Assembly: GCA_051531975.1 (NCBI GenBank)
Contig: JAOPTT010000020.1
Coordinates: 58,042-122,041, forward strand
Direction: 5' to 3'
DNA: 64,000 nucleotides
DNA from: Spirochaetaceae bacterium
GTDB taxonomy: Bacteria > Spirochaetota > Spirochaetia > DSM-2461
Part shown: positions 58,330-64,000 of the stretch, piece by piece
How the letters are laid out: each line of letters opens with the position of its first letter
How positions within the stretch are numbered: the stretch's first letter is position 1
Position numbers and translations under genes: made by a program
Notes under the pieces: generated by a model
The model's database searches: none
Seen by the model: only the letters and a program-made list of their open reading frames with translations
Told to the model about the DNA's origin: nothing

Positions 58330-58764
58330 ATGTTTATCAAGAAATTACTTGCAATAATATTGTTATATATATCTTTTAGTTTATTTGCCGACTATTCACT
58401 AGACTCTAATAGTGATGGTAAATTGGATGTGTGGGTAGAAGAACTTTTAAAAGATGGTTATATTATATCCACAGATACTAACTTTGATGGTAAAGTTGAT
58501 TCAAAACTGGCATTAGATGCAGCAGAACTAACTCTATTTGAAGAGATTGACTTTAATTTAGATGGTGTAATGGACAACTTTTATTATTATGAGAGTGGTT
58601 ATGTAACTAGACAAGAAGTTGATTCAAACTATGATCAAAAAATTGATGTCTGGGTATATATTGTCAACGAAGGTAAATCTATATCTAGATATGAAAAAGA
58701 TCTAGATTTTGATGGTATTGTTGATAAAGTAAAGGAATTTGAGGTATATAAAGAGAATGGCTAA
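58330..58764 (+). CDS. exported protein with five DxN/DxDG (calcium-binding-like) repeats
   Basis: Signal peptide; DSNSDG, DTNFDG, DFNLDG, DSNYDQ, DLDFDG. Confidence 0.75.
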   Translation: MFIKKLLAIILLYISFSLFADYSLDSNSDGKLDVWVEELLKDGYIISTDTNFDGKVDSKLALDAAELTLFEEIDFNLDGVMDNFYYYESGYVTRQEVDSNYDQKIDVWVYIVNEGKSISRYEKDLDFDGIVDKVKEFEVYKENG

Positions 58765-59488
58765 TATTATAACAGATTTTCATGGGTGTGAAGAAGTTCT
58801 TAAGAAAGGTGAATTAGAAGGAGTTTTATTCCTATCTAAGCAGAGTAAAAGAGCTATGATTTTAAAAAAAATGGCAACAGTTAAAGAGATAACTGTGAAA
58901 AATATTTCCATAGATGAAATGGATAAAATGGATTCAAATCATCGAGGTTTTGTATTAAAATTAAAATCAACAAAACAACTACATAAAAGAGAACAAGTAA
59001 CATTTGAGACATTTATAGAGAAGTTTGATAAAGAACAAGGATTAGTTGTCATATTAGATGGAATTACAGATCCACATAATTATGGTGCTATACTTAGATC
59101 TTGTGACCAATTTAGTGCTGATTTAGTAATTATTCCTTCTAGAAGGACAGCCAGTGAAACTCCAGTTGTTGCAAGAGTATCTGCAGGAGCAGTAAATTAT
59201 GTGGATGTCGCTGTTGTTACTAACCTAAATAGAGCAATTAAACAGGTCAAAAAAGCTGGATTTTGGATTTATGGTGCTGATATGGGTGGTAAATCTGCTA
59301 CTGATATCGATTTTAAAGGCCGTGTAGCCATTATTATGGGTTCAGAGGGTAGTGGTATGCATGAGAAAGTAAAAGAGAGCTGTGACGGCATTGTATCTAT
59401 ACCTACCACAGGTAACGTTGATTCATTAAATGTATCTGTTGCTGCTGGAATATTAATGTATGAAGTAAAACGACAGCAATTAATCTAA
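58757..59488 (+). CDS. rlmB: 23S rRNA G2251 2'-O-methyltransferase (TrmH/SpoU family)
   Basis: LDGITDPHNYGAILRS, MGSEGSG, SLNVSVAAGI. Confidence 0.9.
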   Translation: MANIITDFHGCEEVLKKGELEGVLFLSKQSKRAMILKKMATVKEITVKNISIDEMDKMDSNHRGFVLKLKSTKQLHKREQVTFETFIEKFDKEQGLVVILDGITDPHNYGAILRSCDQFSADLVIIPSRRTASETPVVARVSAGAVNYVDVAVVTNLNRAIKQVKKAGFWIYGADMGGKSATDIDFKGRVAIIMGSEGSGMHEKVKESCDGIVSIPTTGNVDSLNVSVAAGILMYEVKRQQLI

Positions 59489-59549
59489 TAACATAAATCT
59501 ATTTGATTTTTATTGTTGCAGGTATTATATTTTAATACAGGAGTTATAT

Positions 59550-59858
59550 ATGAGCATAGATATCAAAAAAGTTGATAATGGTACATTAATAAATATAAAC
59601 GAAGCTACTTTAAGTGGAGCTACAGCAATAGATCTGAAAAATGAAGCTATTAAACTAATTGAAAGTGGTGAGGTTAATCTACAACTTGATCTATCTAGAA
59701 CGGATTATATTGATAGCTCGGGTATAGGTAAGTTACTTTTTTTAAATAAAAAATTAAAAGGTCTCGGTGGAGAACTTTCAATAATAAAGATAACCCCTAT
59801 TTTATACGAGTTTTTAGAATCATTAACTATAGATAAAATTATTAATATAAATAACTAA
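59550..59858 (+). CDS. STAS-domain anti-sigma factor antagonist
   Basis: LDLSRTDYIDSSGIGKL. Confidence 0.9.
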   Translation: MSIDIKKVDNGTLININEATLSGATAIDLKNEAIKLIESGEVNLQLDLSRTDYIDSSGIGKLLFLNKKLKGLGGELSIIKITPILYEFLESLTIDKIININN

Positions 59859-59860
59859 TA

Positions 59861-59886
59861 AAAACCCAGTTTTAAAACTGGGTTTT
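59861..59886. terminator. bidirectional terminator between the STAS gene and purD
   Basis: Perfect palindrome AAAACCCAGTTTTAAAACTGGGTTTT. Confidence 0.75.
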
Positions 59887-59892
59887 ATTTTT

Positions 59893-61134
59893 TTATTTAA
59901 AAAACTTTCTTGCTATATCTTTTCGATACCAAGAACCATTAAATTTAACTTTATTTACAATTTTATATGCATTTTCGCAGGCATCTAATGTATTTTCCCC
60001 AGTTGAAACAACTGTAAAACAACGTCCCCCGCCAGTTAAAACTTTTCCATCTTCTAATGTTGTTGAAGCGTGGAATATTAAACCTTCACTATTGTCTATA
60101 TTTTCAATACTTGCTTCTAGGTTTTTCTCGTATATACCAGGATATCCTTCTGCAGCAATTGTAATACAAACTGCAGACTCTCCAGTTAGTCTAATATTAT
60201 ATGTATCTAAACTCTCTTCAGTAATAGCATCCATAACATTACAAAAATCAGACTTTATTGTTGGAAAAAGAATTTGAGCTTCTGGATCACCAAATCTAAC
60301 ATTGTATTCTAATACTTTTGGACCAGCATCCGAAATCATTAAACCAATGTATATAACACCTTTATAGTTTAATTTGTCTCTGTTTAGTCCTTTAATTGTT
60401 GGGATAACTGTTTCTAGTTCAATTTTCTTTAATAATTTTTCATCAACCCAAGGAACAGGAGTAATTGCACCCATTCCTCCAGTATTTGGACCTTTATCTC
60501 CATCATAAGCTTTTTTGTGATCAGTACAAGGTTGTAAGATTTTATAGTTTTTACCATCTGATATAACAAAAATTGAAACTTCAAAACCTTCTAAAAACTC
60601 TTCAACAACAACTTTATCATCTTTTAAAGCGTCTAATCCAAAGTTTATCATTTCTGTTTTATCTTCTGATTCTAAGACACCTTTACCTGCAGCTAAACCA
60701 CTTTTTTTAACTACAACTTTTTTGTTTAAATTATTGATATATTTTGTATAGCTATCTTTATCAGAAAATTCTTCATAATCCGCAGTTGGAATATTGTTTC
60801 TTTTCATGAAGGCCTTAGAGAATGCTTTACTTGATTCTAACTGAGCTGCCTCTTGACCAGGACCAAAACAGTTAATACTGTTTTTTCGTAAAACATCTGC
60901 TAAACCATTGGCTAATGGTATTTCAGGGCCAATAAATACAAAATTGATTCTGTTTTCTTTTACTACTCTTAAAACTTCACTGTTATCCATAACATCAATA
61001 TTTAAATTTGTTCCAAGATCTTCAGTCCCTGCATTTCCTGGTGCCATAAAAAGACCAGAGATTCTTTTACTTTTAGCAAATTTCCATGCCGCTGCGTGTT
61101 CTCTTGCACCAGATCCAATAATTAAAACTTTCAA
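59893..61134 (-). CDS. purD: phosphoribosylamine-glycine ligase
   Basis: GSGAREHA, GLAAGKGV, GPNTGGMG, EYNVRFGDPE; TTG start after AGGAG. Confidence 0.96.
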   Translation of the reverse strand: MKVLIIGSGAREHAAAWKFAKSKRISGLFMAPGNAGTEDLGTNLNIDVMDNSEVLRVVKENRINFVFIGPEIPLANGLADVLRKNSINCFGPGQEAAQLESSKAFSKAFMKRNNIPTADYEEFSDKDSYTKYINNLNKKVVVKKSGLAAGKGVLESEDKTEMINFGLDALKDDKVVVEEFLEGFEVSIFVISDGKNYKILQPCTDHKKAYDGDKGPNTGGMGAITPVPWVDEKLLKKIELETVIPTIKGLNRDKLNYKGVIYIGLMISDAGPKVLEYNVRFGDPEAQILFPTIKSDFCNVMDAITEESLDTYNIRLTGESAVCITIAAEGYPGIYEKNLEASIENIDNSEGLIFHASTTLEDGKVLTGGGRCFTVVSTGENTLDACENAYKIVNKVKFNGSWYRKDIARKFFK

Positions 61135-61143
61135 TTGCTTCTC

Positions 61144-61716
61144 CTAAATATTTTTGTTGAGTTCATCAAGTTTATTGATAACGATCTCAGGGTATATTCT
61201 ATGTTCGATAACATGTATATTATTTTCGATACTTTCCAGTGTTTCATTTTGTTGTCTTTTAAAAGACTCTTGATAAATAATAGGACCTGTATCCATACCT
61301 TTATCTACATAATGTATTGTTATACCTAATTCATCATCACCTGAATTAAAACTTTCTTCTATTCCATGTGATCCAGGATATTTTGGTAATAACGCAGGGT
61401 GTATATTTATAATTTTATTTTCCCATTTATTAATAATTAATGGTGAAATCAGACGCATAAAACCTGCTAAAACAACTAAATCAACATTCTCTTCTATAAG
61501 TATATTGTTTATCTCTGTTTCAGCTTCATTTTTATCTCGTTTATAATATGTTACATAATATGCTTTTATACCTAACTCTTTAGCTCTATTAAAAACAAAA
61601 GCATTTTTACGATCACAAATTAGGCATTTAACACTGTGTTGCGTATTTTTAATTGCTTTACTTAAAGCCTGGAAGTTACTTCCACTTCCAGAAGCCAAAA
61701 TAGCTATATTAGCCAT
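61144..61716 (-). CDS. purN: phosphoribosylglycinamide formyltransferase
   Basis: SGSGSNFQA, LAGFMR, NIHPALLP, DTGPI. Confidence 0.96.
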   Translation of the reverse strand: MANIAILASGSGSNFQALSKAIKNTQHSVKCLICDRKNAFVFNRAKELGIKAYYVTYYKRDKNEAETEINNILIEENVDLVVLAGFMRLISPLIINKWENKIINIHPALLPKYPGSHGIEESFNSGDDELGITIHYVDKGMDTGPIIYQESFKRQQNETLESIENNIHVIEHRIYPEIVINKLDELNKNI

Positions 61717-62669
61717 TATTTAATAATACCAGCTTTAAATATATCAATACCTTTCTCTTTAGCAAAAGATAAAAAAGCATCTTCAGACTCTTTTTTAATA
61801 ATTAGTGTCATACCAATACCCATATTAAAAACTTTTTTCATCTCTTCATCAGAAATATTTCCATTTTTTTGGATAGTATTGAATATTTCAGGTTTAGACC
61901 ATTTCCAGTTTAGTTCAGGTTTTAAACCTTCAGGAAGAGCTCTAACTATATTACCTTCTAACCCTCCACCAGTGATATGTGCCGCAGCTAAAATTAAATT
62001 AGACTCTAATAATGCCTCAACTTCTTTTACATATATTTTAGTAGGAGTTAGTAGATTATTCATATTTTCTGTATCATCGACATCGATAGTTTTTCTTGCT
62101 AAAGACAATCCGTTAGAGTGAACACCAACTGAAGCCATACCAATTAAAATATCTCCAGCCTCTATTTTATCTAACATAGGTAACATTTTACTTTTCTCAA
62201 CAATACCTGTGCTAAATCCAGCTAAATCAAACTCATTGTCAGCATACATATCTGGCATTTCAGCTGTTTCACCACCTGCTAAAGTACAACCAGCTTGTTC
62301 ACAACCTGTAACAATACCTTTAACAACTTCTTTTAAAACATCTTCGTTTAAAGTTCCACAACCTATGTAATCTAAAAAAACAAGAGGTGAGGCACCACAA
62401 ACAATTAGGTCATTAACACACATAGCAACTAAATCGATACCTAATGTATCAAATTTTTGTAGTTTCTGAGCGACCATTAGTTTAGTTCCAACACCGTCTG
62501 TGCAGGATAAAAGAACAGGTTTTTTATACTTTTCTGTATCGATTTCAATTCCACCAGCAAAACCGCCAATTGAATTAGAAACAGCTTTAGAGTCTATGTT
62601 ACCAATAAATGATGCAAATCTATCACCTTTTTCAATATCAACACCCGCTTCTGAATAGGTTAATCCCAT
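61716..62669 (-). CDS. purM: phosphoribosylformylglycinamidine cyclo-ligase
   Basis: TDGVGTK, AMCVND, GGETAEMP, HSNG, HITGGG. Confidence 0.96.
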   Translation of the reverse strand: MGLTYSEAGVDIEKGDRFASFIGNIDSKAVSNSIGGFAGGIEIDTEKYKKPVLLSCTDGVGTKLMVAQKLQKFDTLGIDLVAMCVNDLIVCGASPLVFLDYIGCGTLNEDVLKEVVKGIVTGCEQAGCTLAGGETAEMPDMYADNEFDLAGFSTGIVEKSKMLPMLDKIEAGDILIGMASVGVHSNGLSLARKTIDVDDTENMNNLLTPTKIYVKEVEALLESNLILAAAHITGGGLEGNIVRALPEGLKPELNWKWSKPEIFNTIQKNGNISDEEMKKVFNMGIGMTLIIKKESEDAFLSFAKEKGIDIFKAGIIK

Positions 62670-62683
62670 CTTCTATCTCCTTT

Positions 62684-64000
62684 TTATTTATCTTTACCGG
62701 TATTTGGACTTACCGGGTAATCATTATTAAAACATGCATAACAAAAATCTTCTGATTTATCAAAACAAGTTTTTAGCTTATCTACAGGTAGAAATTTTAC
62801 ACTATCAGCATCTATATGCTTAGCAATCTCATCAGGAGTTTTACTGTTTGATATAAGCTCTTCTTTTGTAGGAACATCAATTCCATAATAACAAGGTCCT
62901 TTGATCTCTGGAGCAGACAGTCTTACATGAATCTCTTTAGCACCAGCATTTCTAAGAAGTTTTACTATTATTTTACTAGTTGTTCCTCGTACTAGAGAGT
63001 CATCAACTAAAACAATTTTTTTACCTTCTACAATTTCCCTAACTGGATGGAGTTTCATTTTAACAGCAAGCTCACGTTTTTTTTGAGTAGGAAGAATAAA
63101 TGAACGACCAGTATAGTGATTTCTTGTTAATCCTAACTCGTAGGATAGACCAGACTCTTTTGCATAACCAAGAGCCGCAGTATTACCAGAATCTGGTACA
63201 CTCATAACTAGGTCATAGTTTTCTATTTCATCCCCATCTTGTTTAGCTAAAACACGGCCCATTGTTAATCTTGATCTATAAACAGAAGTATCAAATATCT
63301 GAGAATCTGGTCGTGCAAAATATATAAGTTCAAATGAACATTGTGCTTTTCTCTCAGAAGTTGCAAAGATTTCAGATTTAATACCATCGTTATTTACAAC
63401 AATAAGCTCACCAGGTTTAACTGATCTATAATCGGTAATATCTAGGATATCTAATGCACAGGATTCTGATGCACATACTGTGATTCCATCTTTTTGACCA
63501 ATATAGAGTGGTCTAAATCCCATAGGGTCTCTCATTATGTATAGTGAATCATCTTTTACCATTACCATACTAAATGCACCTTCAAGGTAACATAATGTCT
63601 CTTTTAATGCTTTATAGAAGTTATTCTGCATAGAATGTGCAACTAAGTGAAGAACAAGTTCTGTATCCGAAGTACAACCAAATATTGCACCTTTATCGGT
63701 TAGTTTGTCTTTTAAAGTTGCAGAGTTAGAAAAGTTACCGTTATGGGCAATAGATATGTCACCTTTATTACAGGAGACCTGTATAGGTTGAACGTTTTCT
63801 ACCTGATTACCACCAGTAGTAGAATATCTTACATGGCCAATACCAACAGTTGATAATCTCTCTTCTTCTAGGTATCTTCCTAGAACTTCAGAGACCATAC
63901 CTATATCCTTGTAGGTTACAAGTTTTCCGTTATTTAAGTAGGAAATTCCAGCACCCTCTTGGCCTCTATGTTGTAATGAAAATAGAGGAAAAAAGAGATC
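62684..64000 (-). CDS. purF: amidophosphoribosyltransferase, 5'-partial (starts beyond the window)
   Basis: Frame stays open past the track start at 63898, reading LQHRGQEGAG; GHVRYST, FARPDS, VDDSLVRGTT. Confidence 0.96.
   Translation of the reverse strand, partial: DLFFPLFSLQHRGQEGAGISYLNNGKLVTYKDIGMVSEVLGRYLEEERLSTVGIGHVRYSTTGGNQVENVQPIQVSCNKGDISIAHNGNFSNSATLKDKLTDKGAIFGCTSDTELVLHLVAHSMQNNFYKALKETLCYLEGAFSMVMVKDDSLYIMRDPMGFRPLYIGQKDGITVCASESCALDILDITDYRSVKPGELIVVNNDGIKSEIFATSERKAQCSFELIYFARPDSQIFDTSVYRSRLTMGRVLAKQDGDEIENYDLVMSVPDSGNTAALGYAKESGLSYELGLTRNHYTGRSFILPTQKKRELAVKMKLHPVREIVEGKKIVLVDDSLVRGTTSKIIVKLLRNAGAKEIHVRLSAPEIKGPCYYGIDVPTKEELISNSKTPDEIAKHIDADSVKFLPVDKLKTCFDKSEDFCYACFNNDYPVSPNTGKDK

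Noticed and set aside
1..64000. CRISPR arrays, tRNA/rRNA genes, transposases, integrases, prophage genes, riboswitches
   Set aside because: None recognised by eye and intergenic regions are short; a covariance-model search would be needed to exclude small RNAs in 8530-8750, 13424-13620 and 49890-50055

Overview
AT-rich bacterial chromosome segment. It is inferred to come from a free-living Spirochaetaceae member, based on the SpiroCoCo-type coiled-coil protein, the spirochaete-style 'VFAG' solute-binding-protein signal peptide, a GerMN protein and PTS general components with no EII gene in the window. The left ~35 kb is accessory. It holds a divergent locus for sulfated, fucose-containing glycans (2 sulfatases, 2 GH29, 1 beta-helix enzyme), a DUF4097/propeller-kinase/NarL module, and a hybrid kinase with an HD-GYP regulator. 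It also holds an MhqR-like MarR-pirin unit with a visible operator, an orphan HTH-fused N6-adenine DNA methyltransferase, gshF, and a GH94/GH9/ROK/ABC amino-sugar oligosaccharide locus. The right ~29 kb is mostly core: leuAB, HPr, hisF, thiI plus desulfurase, ptsI-der-unknown-exbB-exbD-tonB-like, grpE-dnaK-dnaJ, rlmB and purFMND. No rRNA, tRNA, CRISPR array, transposase or integrase was seen. The best leads are (1) a secreted protein with NlpC/P60-like Cys/His motifs sitting between der and an ExbBD-TonB-like motor, (2) a GH94 phosphorylase that is C-terminally short and diverged at the acceptor site, paired with a GH9 exo-glucosaminidase, (3) about 10 genes with a sigma70 promoter abutting the ATG, suggesting leaderless mRNAs, and (4) an HPr with a natural Asp at position 46. 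All family calls are by eye from motifs; no searches were run.
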